DNA from: Octopus vulgaris
Lineage: Eukaryota
Assembly: GCA_951406725.2 (NCBI GenBank)
Contig: OX597832.1
Span: forward strand, 71,610,001-71,674,000
DNA: 64,000 nucleotides
Direction of reading: 5' to 3'
Shown here: piece by piece, positions 42,829 to 56,794 of the stretch
Layout of the letters: each line of letters opens with the position of its first letter
How positions within the stretch are numbered: the stretch's first letter is position 1
Translations under genes and position numbers: made by a program
Notes under the pieces: generated by a model
What the model was told of the DNA's origin: nothing
Databases searched by the model: none
Seen by the model: the letters and a program-made list of their open reading frames with translations, nothing else

Positions 42829-43521
42829 ACTTAGATAAACTTAGATATGTTTCGACCAAAGATTGGTCCAGGCCATATCTAACTTAATAGCACCACCCGA
42901 TAGGATTATTCGAATCCTGTTTAAGTCAAGTTTTGTTTAAGTCAAGTTTTGTTCAAGTAGTCAGTTCTTGTTTTGTGAGTTGTATCCAATTATGGGTGGC
43001 TTATCTGGTATTCTTTGAAGGAATCTATCCAGACTCTGTGTAAAGTTGATGGGGTCCTTTTCCTCTTTGATCTCCCTCGGGACAATGTTAAATAGGGCAG
43101 GGCCTGTTGAGGAAAAGAAATTATGTTGCAGTGTACATGTATGTTGTGATCTTGAATTGGGCAGGGGACGTATAGCCCGTGGTCCAAGTCTTGGATGAAC
43201 CTTGAAGCTAATGTTTAGGTCCTTTGGGCAAAGTTGGCGGTATATTTTCCACATCATACAAATGATGTACCGCTCACGGCGACGCTGGAGGGAGTAAAGT
43301 TTCAAGGCTTTAAGGCGATCCCAATGATCGAGAGCAGCCATGCCTTCAATTCGTTTAGTGAGTGCTCTCTGGGGTGACTCAATTCTGGAGATGTTTTGTC
43401 TTGGGTGAGGAGACCACAGTGGGCAGCAGTATTCAAGGTGTGGCCGTACAAAGGAGGAAAAAAATGGTATGATGACACCTTGTTCTCTGGACCGGAAAGT
43501 TCTTAAGATCCAGGAACTCAT
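42829..43521 (-). mobile_element. CR1-group LINE 3' fragment (second subfamily)
   Basis: WILRTF...[13 protein letters not shown]...[11 protein letters not shown]. The 3'UTR resembles that of 32300/50111. Confidence 0.85.
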
Positions 43522-43578
43522 TATATATATATATTCATGTATATATATATACATATATATGTATACATGCATATATAT

Positions 43579-43840
<262 letters not shown>

Positions 43841-43977
43841 ACATATATTTCGTTTTGGGATTTGGTTTGTAAGATTCTTTACATGAGTTCATGTGTTGAA
43901 GCATATACAGTTGTGTCTGGAGAAAGTCATTTTCTTTTTGTGCCTTATACTCACCGGTGAGTGTGTTACCATTTAAG

Positions 43978-44038
<61 letters not shown>

Positions 44039-44079
44039 AGAGTTAACGATAAGTGGCTAACTCTGTATATATATATATA

Positions 44080-45678
44080 CAGTTGCGGCCAAAATGTTCA
44101 AAACGGCATTGTTTTCGTCAGAAAAGTAGGTATAAGTTTTTATCAAAGTTGTTTTATTTTCTATAATTTTCACAGACAATAAATACGATATTAATTGTTA
44201 TTGTCTGAGATTTTGGTGTAATTTGAGAGGGTCATACAAAAGTTATGGATGATTTAGTGATTTACTGCAAAACCCATGGCGGCCAAAATGATCAGAACGG
44301 TTGCTTTTACTCTGTGTTTTAGTATATTTAACCGGTGAACTCTAATGTTTTGAATTTATTTACCTGACAGTTCGTTTACTAAACATTAGTAAGAGTATCT
44401 GCAGTGTACTTTGTTAATATAATGCCACTTACTCCGTTACCAATTCGTCACCAGATTATTAAGCTTCAAAAGAAGGATAATTTAAGTATTGGGTCTATTG
44501 CAGAGATTGTTAACAAGTGAAAAAGTGTTGTTCACAGTATTCTTAAGGTCTACGATGATTGTGGTTCGTGTGGAGCAAGAGAGTCTACAGGTAGACCAAG
44601 AAAAATGACCAAGAGAGAAGACTGTGCTATGATAAATTTGGTTAAAAAGGACAGATTTAAAACTGCTGCTGCTGTTTCTCGGGAAATGAGCATTGTACTG
44701 AAGAAAACTTTATCTCGAAAAACTGTGTCTCGTCGTTTAGTTGAACATGACCTACAAGCAAGAGCACATGCAGTGAAGCCACTGATCATCTCCAAGAATA
44801 AAAAGTGTCGTCTTATCTTTGCAACTGAACATGTGTTGTGGTCTCAAGAAAAATGGCAAACGGTGCATTTCAGTGATGAATCTAAGTTTATGTTATTTGG
44901 CTCAGATGGGAAAAGGTACGTTCGTAGAAAAGTAGGTGAAAAATTGTCGCCTAAATGCCTTAAGACTAGTTTTAAATTCGGTGAAGGAAGTGTCATGGTT
45001 TGGGGGATGATATCTGGAGATGGTGTGGGCCCTTTGGTGCGAATACATGAAAAGGTAAATGCAGGAGTTTATAAACAACTTGTGCTGAGAAATTCAACTA
45101 AGCGATCACCCGTATTCATGCAGGACAATGCCCCATGTCACAAGGCTAAGGTGGTCATGAACTTTCTCAAAGCTGAAAAGGTTATTGTTATGGATTGGCC
45201 TGCTCAAAGCTCAGATCTTAATCCTATTGAAAATGTGTGGAATGTTCTAGGAGAACGTTCGAAAGCCAGAAATCCTAAAACAACCTAGCAATTATGGAAT
45301 GCCTTCAGGAATAAGATCACCCAGCAAGAAATTGAAAATTTATTTTCCTCATGCAGTCGAAGATGTCAAGGTGTGATTGAAGCTAAAGGGCTTCACACTA
45401 AGTATTAAATAATTCCAGTATTCTCTGTCATTTTTTATTATTTTGTTTTGTTTTTTTTTCAACCGTTCTGATCATTTTGGCCACCATGGGTTTTGCAGTA
45501 AATCACTAAATCATCCATAACTTTTGTATTATCCTCTTAAATTACACCAAAATCTCAGACAATAATAATTAAGATTGTATTTATTGTCTGTGAAAATTAT
45601 AGAATATAAAACAACTTTGATAAAAACTTATACCTACTTTTCTGACGAAAACAATGCCGTTTTGAACATTTTGGCCGC

Positions 45679-45683
<5 letters not shown>
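44080..45683 (+). mobile_element. Full-length Tc1 (IR/DR type) transposon in a (TA)n tract
   Basis: ~224-bp TIRs (44080-44303 / 45460-45683), each with two GGCCAAAATG.TCA.AACGG direct repeats. Confidence 0.95.
44422..45408 (+). pseudogene. Tc1 DD34E transposase with premature stops
   Basis: GRPRK, FSDESKF, QDNAPCH-34 aa-NPIENVW, GLHTKY. Stops at 44518 and 45286. Confidence 0.92.
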
Positions 45684-45738
<55 letters not shown>

Positions 45739-46777
45739 GAGTAACTACTGTGAATAGTGCCACATGCCAGCAGAAGATGATGCCAAATAACTCTAAAAAC
45801 TAGCTTATTTATCACAACCCATATTTATGTGATAAACATGGTAGTTTTAGCAATATTTGGCGTCCTCTTCTAGCATGTGGCACTACTCAGTAGCTTCCCT
45901 TATTATAATTATATTTATATAATTGAATACTTTGTATTTTTACCTAAGTGTTTCTTTATATGTTATCTACTTGATAAAATCGTATATAGATGTTATATAT
46001 ATATATATATGAGTGCATGTGTTTATACATACATATATATGTATACACATACATTCATCTGTATACTTAAAACACATCCTGCATAACACACCAGTGAAAC
46101 TACTGTGAGTCTCCCTTTGGGTAGAGATCGTTAATCAGCTGTTCATATGCCACATCATCAACTACCACCTTGCTTCTAGTTACATTCACCAGATTTATAT
46201 CTCCATCTACTTTCTGTAAAAGTTGATGTGTCTGCAAGTCAATTTTACTAACAAAGTTTCAATACTCAATAGAATTTTCTTCATTAGTGAACCTAAAATA
46301 TCAGGAGATTGAACAGGAATAAATGTGATATTATATAATTATTTGTGAAAACTATTTAATATTATGACAAATGATCATATTCATGAAATATAATGAGAAT
46401 CAAAACAACAACGTACATATTCATTCTTAATACATTCAGGCAGTTTCAAAAAATAAATATGTGAATCACTGTTGTTTGTCATTGGAGGACAACTTTTCCT
46501 TTCAGATAATGTTTGTCTAAAAGATTCATTGGGGGCTAGTATTTGGTAGAAATATCAGTAAAAAACCTAATCTAAATCCCTTATAACATTTAAATATGTT
46601 CTCGGTCCAAATCACACTTTTCATTGTACAAGAGTTAAAAAAATGATAGGTCAATCTGACCAGAAGCCATGCATGCTTCATCTTGGTTAAAATGACTGGA
46701 TGTCTTCAAGTTTCTTCAACATCCCTGGAACATCTTGCTCTTTAATAGATTATTGGAATTGCATTTTAGATAGGACT

Positions 46778-46938
46778 AGGTATGGTTGTGTGGATAGAAA
46801 GTTCACCTACCAATCTCATGGATTCAGGCTCAGTCCCACTGGATGGCATCTCAAAAAAATATCTTCTATTATAGGCTCAAGCCAGCTAAAGCTTTGTGAA
46901 TGCATCTGGTAGATTGAAACTGAAAGAAGCCTATCATC
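46778..46938 (+). mobile_element. Degenerate SINE 5' half
   Basis: Diverged match to the head of 35728 (TCAGTCCCACT...GGTAGATTGAAACTGAAAGAAGCC). Confidence 0.65.
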
Positions 46939-46957
46939 TAGATATATATATATATAT

Positions 46958-48020
46958 TGGCCATCCATTCATGACCGAGGAAGACAATTGCTGACCTTCA
47001 GGAACATTGTGTGCTCTAAGACTAACTTATATTTTGTATTTGCAGCTCCGTTGGTGACTAATGAGCCTTGATCTTGACAAACATATATGACTGCAAACAT
47101 CGCAAACCAAACTTTCCCCATTCACTACATTAGCAGTGCACTTTCGTGCAGCACACTTTAATTCTTCATGCAGAATATGTGCTCTCTCAAAGGTGTCAAC
47201 ATCCTCTTTAACCTGCTTCCTCCATCTGTGGCAATAACATATTGCTCTCCCAGTCAGTCTCCTGCATATCACAGGCCTTTAATGAGGACTTGACACAGTT
47301 CTTAAATCACAGCCTTGGTTTCTGCCAGGGTCTCTTTCCACTAATTCACAAATTCCTCATATAGCATCTGCTTAAGGATCCTGCTATTCTTCATTCTAAT
47401 AAGGTGTCCAGTCCAACGTAACCAGTGTTTGTGCACTATTGCCTCAATGCACAAGATATCAGCTGTCCTCAGGACCTGTGTGTCTGAGACATCTCTAACG
47501 AAAGTGTTCAAGGACCCTTATATAACGTTTGTAAAGGGTCCATGTCTCACATGAGTAAAGGAGTGATGCTGGCACACATGTAATTTTTGTTTGCCTTGTG
47601 ATGTCATGCTAGGACCAGACACAAGACTGAAGAGGCTGGAAGGAATCAGTTGCTTTCTGTAACCTGAAAGACATTTCATCATCCAGGGAGCATGAACAGC
47701 TGAATGTGCTGCCCAAGTAGACAAACCTCTCTACCACTTTGAGTATTGTTCCTTCAACCCAGATAGCTGGTTCCACATATTGATTTCCTGGTGCAGGCTG
47801 GAACATTACAACAGTCTTGTCCAGGCTAATGCTGAGTCCAAATGCCTTGCAAGAAGCAGAAATACGATTCATAAGTATTTGCATGTCATCCTCTGAGTGA
47901 CTAAGTCAGTCATCTGCATAAAGGAGGTCACAGATAATAGACTGGAAAACTTTTGAATTGGCAGCAAATTGGCACAGATTAAAGAGGCAGCCAGAATATC
48001 GATATCTGACACATATTCCC

Positions 48021-48022
<2 letters not shown>
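46958..48022 (-). mobile_element. RTE-clade LINE 3' fragment, degraded
   Basis: DLLYADD, AFGLSISLDKTVVMFQP, VERFVYLGS, terminal C2H2 CDVC...LISHQRSC. Confidence 0.85.
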
Positions 48023-48106
<84 letters not shown>

Positions 48107-49619
48107 GCACTGAGAGCGAGAGAGAGAGAGAGAGAGAGACATCTATGTAACATATATACTAATTTGTGTGTGTGTGTGTGCGTGTGTACGTGGTGTGTGT
48201 GTGCGTGTGTACGTGGTGTGTGTGTGCGTGTGTACGTGTGTGTGTGTCATGGCTTGACATCACACAAGGGATATAAAATGAGAGTCTCTCTCATACAAGC
48301 TAATGTACCGCTTTTCCAGTCAACCATGAAAACATGTCCACAATGAAAAAAATTTACCTTGCTTGGAAATGGGTGAAAGTTGGATAGAAAGGACTTATGG
48401 ACATAAAAATATCTACCTTCATAAATCATGTCTTACCCAAGCAAGCATGGAAATATAGATATAGAAATGATGAAGTACTGTGGTGTGGGAGTCCAGGCAG
48501 TCAGCACTCCATAAAATTTTGCTAACCACCAATTTATATTATAATGGTAAACATATCTATATTATAATTGTGACCACAAATACATGTGTAAATGACTTTG
48601 TATAAATCTGCTTAGAGGTACTAATAACATTAATTAATACTAGTATAGTAAGATAAAGTTAAAGAGAGTTTTCAAAATGTAATTCCCTATCCTCACTTTC
48701 ATACAACATGGTTCATCAATAATTTTAATTTAGCTTAATTAATGAAATACAATTTAACTGCTTTACATTACCTTTCGCTAAATATGTTCAGTAATATGGA
48801 AATCAAATATACATATTGTAGCAAAGGGTATCAAACCTTACTTAAAATCAACTTGCAAAGAGTAATAACATATAAATGACATTTTAATCTTAAATAGAAC
48901 TTACCCCCAGTAATTCTCAATAGCCATAGGCCTCAATAGGATGACAATCAGTTTGCCAGTCATACAACTGATTGTTTAACCAATTATTCTGCTTACATTA
49001 ATTAATTAACAGTTCTAAATTTTCTTATCTATTTCTCTGATCATATATTAAATGTTAACTTGTATAAATAATGTTTATCTTTCAAAATATTCAAACAAGT
49101 CATCTGGGCTTCTCTTTATTCAGCTTCATAGTTTCTTTGAACTTTCTCTCATATTACTTTGTTTTCATACTGTAACTTTAACATCTTTATCATTTCTAGT
49201 ATTTGCATTATTGCTAATTGCTATGGTTTACACCTACTGTGGTGAAGAGGTTTGACTTCATGGTTGGCAGATATTGTCTAATGTCATCCTGGGCCAACCA
49301 ATTCCTTCTAAGTGGATTTAGTAAATAGAAACTGAAAGAAGCCTATCAAACACACATACACACGCAAATATTGTCTTAACATCCACTTTTCCATGCTTCT
49401 ATGAGTTGGACATAATTGGTTGAAGCAGATTTTCTACAGCCAGATGCTCTTCATATTGCCAACCATCACCTGTTTCCAAGTAAAGTGATTTTTACCCCAG
49501 GGGGGTAGACATGCTTCTACTGAAGCTTGGAAACAAAGGGCACTGCTTCTAGGACAGTGACAATCATTTAAAACAATTATATGATGTCAAGACAAATCAC
49601 CAATTCACACACACATACA

Positions 49620-49651
<32 letters not shown>

Positions 49652-49655
<4 letters not shown>

Positions 49656-49958
49656 ATGATCACGTGACCGACCAGGCTATCAGATGTTGTTACACATCGC
49701 TGGTCACAATGCGCTTTGTATTGTTTTAGCCTTAACATGACGCCACCCCGCTGGCTAAGCGAGCAGGCCGACAGAAGAAAGAGTGAGATAAAGTTGTGGT
49801 GAAAGAGTACAGCAGGGATCGCCACCACCCCCTGCCAGACCCTCGTGGAGCTTTAGATGTTTTTGCACAATAAACACTCACAACGCCCGGTCTGGGAATC
49901 AAAACTGCGATCCTACGACCGCGAGTCTGCTAGGCCTAACCACTGGGCCATTGCGCCT

Positions 49959-49961
<3 letters not shown>
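49652..49961 (-). mobile_element. Second tRNA-derived SINE family
   Basis: Minus strand GGAGGCGCAATGGCCCAGTGGTTAGG (A box)...GTTTTGATTCCC (B-box-like). TA-flanked. Confidence 0.75.
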
Positions 49962-49996
<35 letters not shown>

Positions 49997-50110
49997 ACAT
50001 ACACATATATATATATACATATACATATATACACATATACAAATATATACATATACAAATATACATATATATACATATACATATATATATATACAAATAT
50101 ATATATACAT

Positions 50111-51014
50111 AGACCTACTGGCTGTTGTCCAATGGGTGGAAAAGAACATGTTGCTAAACGAAGACAAATTCAAACTGATCCACATTGGAAAGGAGGACGC
50201 TCTGAAACTCCCATACTCCCTTCCTTCGGGTGAAATTCTCATGGCATCTAACAACATCAGAGACTTGGGAGTAACTGTGGACAACAACATAAGCTGGGCT
50301 ACAAATATAAGCAGCAAAGTTGACATGGCCCGCAGAATGTGTTCCTGGATTCTCAGAACCTTCCAGTCAAGAGATTCCCACACCATTATCCTTCTCTTCT
50401 CCTCTTTTGCCCGACCCCACCTTGAATATTGCTGTCCACTGTGGTCTCCCTACACGAAACAAAATATTATGAGAATTGAAGCTACCCAATGGTCAATCAC
50501 AAAAAAGATAGATGGCATGTCAGACCTCGACTACTGGGGTCGACTAGAAAAGCTGAAACTGTATTCACTCCAACAATACCGTGAACACTACATTATCTAT
50601 ATGATGTGGAAAATATTCCATCAGCACTGTCCAAATGATGTTGGCATCACCTTCAAAATACATCCAAGACTTGGAGCCCATGACATCCGTCCACAACAAA
50701 AATTTAAATCGCATCTCATAACGACAATACGGCACAATTATTTCACCTCAATTGGACCCGATCTCTTCAACATTACAGCAGGACACATCAAAACAGAAAC
50801 TGACCACACAGAATTTAAGAAGTCTTTGGATAAATTCCTTCAAACAGTCCTGGACAAACCACCCACACCTGGATATGTCTCTGCAAACAATAGCTCTCTG
50901 CTCGAATGGGCCTTGGTGCTCAAATCCTGAATTGAAAGACTTTGCCAGGTGGTGCTATTAAGTTAGACATGGCCTGGGCCATCACTGACCAAATCTTTTC
51001 TAAGTTATTCTAAG

Positions 51015-51017
<3 letters not shown>
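50111..51017 (+). mobile_element. CR1-group LINE 3' fragment
   Basis: ORF 50136-50930 ([22 protein letters not shown]). Near-identical to 32300-33150 in opposite orientation. Confidence 0.88.
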
Positions 51018-51061
<44 letters not shown>

Positions 51062-51317
51062 TTATAAAATGAGATAGGGGTTGAAAATTCAACCCACCAT
51101 GGGATAATATATATCCAATATACTGCCAGATAGGTACCCAACAAGATTAATACATAGATGATAAAAATTGTCAAACAATCAGTTCATCAAATGTATTATA
51201 TGGGTAAAGGTAATAATATTACCGTAAATTAATACTACAAAATTAGAGAATGGAGAAACATACTTAAATCAATAAAACATCAACTATCCGATGATACCCA
51301 ATCAATACTTTAATACA

Positions 51318-51362
<45 letters not shown>

Positions 51363-51591
51363 TTATAAAATGAGATAGGGGTTGAAAATTCAACCCACCA
51401 TGGGATAATATATATCCAATATACTGCCAGATAGGTACCCAACAAGATTAATACATAGATGATAAAAATTGTCAAACAATCAGTTCATCAAATGTATTAT
51501 ATGGGTAAAGGTAATAATATTACCGTAAATTAATACTACAAAATTAGAGAATGGAGAAACATACTTAAATCAATAAAACATCAACTATCCG

Positions 51592-53295
51592 ATGATACCC
51601 AATCAATACTTATCAAATAGGAGATTAGATCTTCTGAAAAAAAGAATAAATAAATTTTTTAAAAGTTTCGGCCTATCCATTATCATTGAAAGTGAAAATT
51701 ATTCTGCTAATTATTTAGATGTTAATTGTAACATTACTAATGGTTTACATGAACCCTATATTAAACCTAATTCTAACCTAATATATATTAACCGTTCAAG
51801 TAATCACCCCCCTCAAATTAAAAATGCACTAGTGCCTAGCATTAGTCAGAGAATTTCTAGTTTATCCTCTAACGAGGAAATTTTTAACAAGCATTGTGAT
51901 AGATATAATGCAGCATTGCTTAAGGCAGGATACAAAAGTAAGATATGGTTTATACCTAAGGGGAACCCTCCTAATGGAGGTAGAACTATCAGGAACAACA
52001 CCAATAGATTTAGGATAAACAACAATATACATAAGAATAGTAAAAATAGAATATATGATAACACCTATAATAAATGTAGAAGTGATGTTAACCTCGGAAA
52101 GGTGAACGGTAGCTCAAATAGATCTGAGCTTACGGGTAATAGTAGTAATATTAATAATAATATACAAGTTAAAACTTATGGTAGACATGGTAATGGTAAA
52201 GTATACTTGCGCAATAACCATGGGAATATTGATATAGATAGATATAACAATGACAGTGGTAAGAATAGTAATCCTATGGGTTGGTCTAGGAATAGGATTT
52301 TTACAAATAACAATAATTCTATAGGCAATCCTAATTCTGATAAGGATACATTATGGTTGATTATCCCATATGCAATGCAGATTAAAACAAACATAGTGAG
52401 AGCTTTGCATAATGTTATATTTAGGCATTTTGGTAAAGATAAGAATAAATTTAGTCCTTTAATTAACAACGGTACTGTTCGAGTGGGATATAGCATTACT
52501 CATAATCTAGCCACCATTATCTCCTCTTTTAATAACAGGAAACTGGATCACTTCTATAAGGATAGAAAATTGAATTTAGACCAGGGAAATTTGCCCCTCT
52601 TTAATAATAATAGGAACAGAAACTTTCTTGGAACGAATGTGAACAACCCCCTTACTAATAATGAGTGCACCGTACCTGTCAGAGATAATATAAATGTAAT
52701 AGATCATACTACTACTACCTTTACTAGTACTAGTGATAGGAATATAGCCGATAATGTGAAATTAACTCATTCGTTGATTTTGGGTTTGGATGATGATAAC
52801 AATTGTAACACTTATAATGTGAATGGTAGTATAGGGGTGGAGACCAATCTTAGATTTCCTCATTCTGTTAATCTTTGTAATTGCAGAAACAAAAATAAAT
52901 GTGTATTTGGTAATCAATGCCTCAGGAAGGAGGTAGTTTACCAATGCACTGTAGATACACAATTGAGTAGTAGGGTGTATATCGGGGCAACTATGAATAG
53001 CATAAAACAAAGATTGAATTATCACAGATATACTTTTAGAAATAAAAATAGAATGTACTCTACAGGGCTTAGTGCATATATTTGGGAACTTAAAAGTAAG
53101 AACTTGGATTTTAGATTAAACTGGAAAATACTAACTTCAGCACCTGTGTATAATGGAAAAAATAAAAAATGCTCTCTATGTATTAATGAAATTTTTTTCA
53201 TTATTAAAGCGGGTCGGCAAATTATTAACAACATTAATGAAAAAAACTTCTTTTGCATTCATAGGCTACCGTTCACCTTTTCTAGATTCAAATAG
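51592..53295 (+). CDS. PLE protein C-terminal part: RT end/thumb, Asn-rich linker, GIY-YIG endonuclease
   Basis: NYLDV, SNHPPQI, CNCRNKNKC, VVYQC...VYIGAT...KQRLNYH, CSLCINE, CIH. The first ~7 codons derive from the inverted segment. Confidence 0.88.
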   Translation: MIPNQYLSNRRLDLLKKRINKFFKSFGLSIIIESENYSANYLDVNCNITNGLHEPYIKPNSNLIYINRSSNHPPQIKNALVPSISQRISSLSSNEEIFNKHCDRYNAALLKAGYKSKIWFIPKGNPPNGGRTIRNNTNRFRINNNIHKNSKNRIYDNTYNKCRSDVNLGKVNGSSNRSELTGNSSNINNNIQVKTYGRHGNGKVYLRNNHGNIDIDRYNNDSGKNSNPMGWSRNRIFTNNNNSIGNPNSDKDTLWLIIPYAMQIKTNIVRALHNVIFRHFGKDKNKFSPLINNGTVRVGYSITHNLATIISSFNNRKLDHFYKDRKLNLDQGNLPLFNNNRNRNFLGTNVNNPLTNNECTVPVRDNINVIDHTTTTFTSTSDRNIADNVKLTHSLILGLDDDNNCNTYNVNGSIGVETNLRFPHSVNLCNCRNKNKCVFGNQCLRKEVVYQCTVDTQLSSRVYIGATMNSIKQRLNYHRYTFRNKNRMYSTGLSAYIWELKSKNLDFRLNWKILTSAPVYNGKNKKCSLCINEIFFIIKAGRQIINNINEKNFFCIHRLPFTFSRFK

Positions 53296-54991
53296 AACTT
53301 AGCACTTCCACTATTATTAATTTTTTAACTCCCTTCTTTAACTAACTATACCTGTGGTCTTCTATAATTCTAAAGTATACAACTTATAAATTTATAATTT
53401 TATAATTTTTATAGCTACATTTGTATAATAATAATAGATGTGTCTAGTATTATTTGTTTCTTGTTTTTGTATGTGGGTTTTTGTTTGTTTTTTAAGGTAA
53501 ATGTAATATGACAGGAAATAACATATTCATTTTGGTATTTGCCTTGTAATATGTGATTTTTGAAGTTTTCTAATATTGCATAGTATATTGCATAGTATAT
53601 ATGTATATCTTGGTTAGATACCTAGCTCTAGATAATGTAATGTTATTGTATAATATGTAATATAGGAGAGCCTTTTATGAGTTTGGTGTGTTTAGGTTGA
53701 GAATATAGGTTTTTTGTATGTGTTTATTTGGAAGGTTTTTATTGTATATTTGGTCTTTCTTTGTACTCACCTTAATTTGTATCTTATGCTATTTACTAAT
53801 AAACCTTTTTCATTTTTTCATTTTTTTCATTTTTTCATTTACATACATTTGGCTTTATAAATATTACCAGCCTTATATATTTAGTTTATATCTATAGTCC
53901 TCTGGATCTGTACTTTAAATTATCCTTCCATACATATTTACCTTCAACAATATAACATATATATTCACTTTATTTATTTTTTATTTTATTGTATTGTTAT
54001 CAATCTCTGCATTTAGTCTTCTAATTATTTATTTATTTGCCTATTTAAGTGTGGATGTTTACATACATATCAAGTCATCTAATTTGTTATCTATTTATTT
54101 TTTACTTATTTACTTATACTAGGGTAGTTTTATACATACATATCTATCATTTATTTTTATTTAAATTTTAATAATATATGTATACATATATACTGGTTTG
54201 TACTTATAATAATATGTGTATAACCGTATTTATTCCTTCGTGTTTATTCCTTCTTATTTATTTTATCGCATTTTATCTTAAGTATTTATAATATAAATTT
54301 TTAAAAATTTCTGTGATGTTCTCATAAGCGTTTACATTAGTACTTCCCCTTCTATTTTTTAATACCTAAACTGGTATATTATAGCATTAAATTTATTAAG
54401 TAAATATGTGATTTATTTATAATATATAAATTAATATATATTTTATATTTTTTATTTTATATTTTAGCGTACTTGGAATCATAACAAACTTACGATAAAT
54501 CTAACAACCGTATGTTTACTATGCAACAAACCGGTGTTATAAATTTTAAGTTACCCATGAAATAATTATCTGACTTAGTAACATACTGATATTTAAAAAT
54601 ATATTTATATCTAAATTAAATATTTTATGAAAGGCATGGATGGTTCTTTTTCGGTATTTGAGGCACAGTTATAATTTTGAAGGACTAAATGGTAGCATAG
54701 TTGCTTCCCTTTTTGTTTATCTATGTGCTAGTTGTTGCTTGTGATTATGTATGCGTATAAGTGTATGTATATACATATAACTATGTGTGTATGTGCGATT
54801 GATCTGTAGATGCGTGTGTGAATATTGGCGTTCCTTGACTAACCAACCGTATAATTTTCTTTTGTGATTTAAATTTCAAACCAATAGCCAATCGAATTAA
54901 TCTAAATTTTCTTTACCTAGTGGTCAGCATTTCTAAACTCATAGTTATTTCGTTCTTGAAAGGATGGACTTTGTGCAAACTTAACTGTATC

Positions 54992-55079
<88 letters not shown>

Positions 55080-55415
55080 AGTAATTTTTATTAACTTTTA
55101 TAGCTTTAGAATTTTATGAACTGAACCATGGTTTTAATTATTATTTTTCATCTCCCTATGTGTTAGGTTTTTTTAAAAAAAAATATTAGCCAAATATGTA
55201 TAATATCGGTACTTATTAATATTAATATATACACTGATATATATTTTGTTTTATTTTGTTCTGTTTACCTTCCTTTATTGTACCAATGTGTATTATATTA
55301 TATAAGTGTAGCATTATGATGTATAAGTTTTTATATTTTACATTTTTATATTTTTATATTTATATGTATATGATTATATAATATTTTTCACAATTATAAC
55401 AAATTTAATTTAATT

Positions 55416-55523
55416 CTCTGAAGAGGCCGTGGGGCATCCTTGTTAATGCCTCATTTATACCTGCCTTTATGGCTTATAGGTTAAATGAGGTATGACTGCC
55501 CTCACTGCCGAAACAGCTGTCAG
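55416..55523 (+). ncRNA. Hammerhead motif, family G, with long stem II
   Basis: CT-CTGAAGA-GGCCGTGGGGCA...ATGCCTCATTTA/TAAATGAGGTAT...TGCCCTCACTGCC-GAAA-CAGCTG-TC-AG. Stem I is weak in this copy. Confidence 0.68.
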
Positions 55524-55713
55524 TTTTGATTAATTGCATATTATATTTGAAATTTTTTACTTATATCTCTTTATCTTTCTACTATTAATGTATATCTCTT
55601 TTTGTATAATGCCTCTACTCATATGTAATGGTGTATTAAAGTATTGATTGGGTATCATCGGATAGTTGATGTTTTATTGATTTAAGTATGTTTCTCCATT
55701 CTCTAATTTTGTA

Positions 55714-55753
<40 letters not shown>

Positions 55754-55945
55754 ACATATACTTACATATATACATATACATACATATATACATATACATA
55801 CATATATACATATACATACATATATATACATATACATACATATATATATATACAAATATATATAAAAAAGTTTAGTTGTGGGGTATCGCACGAGTGGGAT
55901 TATATAAGAAAAAAGGTTTGAAAATGCAATTTAAACGATGTTTAT

Positions 55946-55990
55946 TTACTTAACCGGTTTCACTCTTTGGTAAAAGATTGTCAAAAGTAA
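55946..55990 (-). ncRNA. Minimal hammerhead motif, family H, U3:A8 variant
   Basis: Minus strand: TTACTT-TTGACAA-T CTTTT acca AAGAG T-GAAA-CCGG-TT-AAGTAA. Confidence 0.65.
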
Positions 55991-56763
55991 CATTAAAAGT
56001 AACATTGAATAATATGGGTTCAAAAAAGTTTTTTTACATAATTGTCACATTGAATATTATGCATTCAAAAAAGTTTTTTACATAATTGTCACATTGGATA
56101 TTATGAATTCAAAAATGTTTTTTTATACATAATTGTGTCATTACATGTATAAATATAGTGTTTGGTAACAGAGAAGTTCAATAGTGTGATGAGAATATTT
56201 GGAAAAATTGGCAGAAAAGGATAAAACAAATATATTATTGGAAATTTGGTTGTGTTAATTATTGGTTGTCGCAAATTGTCACATTACATGTATATATATA
56301 CAGTCTTTGGTATATATATACACACAGTCTTTTGCCAGCAAAAATTAAAATGGATTTTTTATACATCTCGGAAAATTTTAAGTTGAAGGCGAGAATACGT
56401 TTTTACTGACCTGTTTGTTTTAGCAGAAAGGTTGAATTGAGAGAAAAAAAGATATGTACCCAGTGTGGTGTATACTTCCCCTTCAAGCATCAATGGTTTT
56501 GGGGTTATCAGGAGGTTAGTATGTGGGTGTGAATAGATGTGTCCTTGCCTGCTGGTCAGACAACGTCTGTTTGTCACACACATATATATACACACACACA
56601 CACATAGTATACAAACACACACCACATACACACAACACACACACACACAGAATACACACACACACATACACAACGCACCCACATACATAATATATACACA
56701 CAGCACACAAATATAACATGTATTTATATATAATATACACACATATATAACACACATACACAC

Positions 56764-56794
<31 letters not shown>

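Larger units (their letters stand above)
51059..55717 (+). mobile_element. 5'-truncated Penelope-like element with inverted, duplicated terminal segment
   Basis: 51233-51320 and 51534-51611 are reverse complements of the 3' end 55630-55717. Contains an RT-thumb/GIY-YIG ORF, a long 3'UTR and a hammerhead. Confidence 0.9.
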
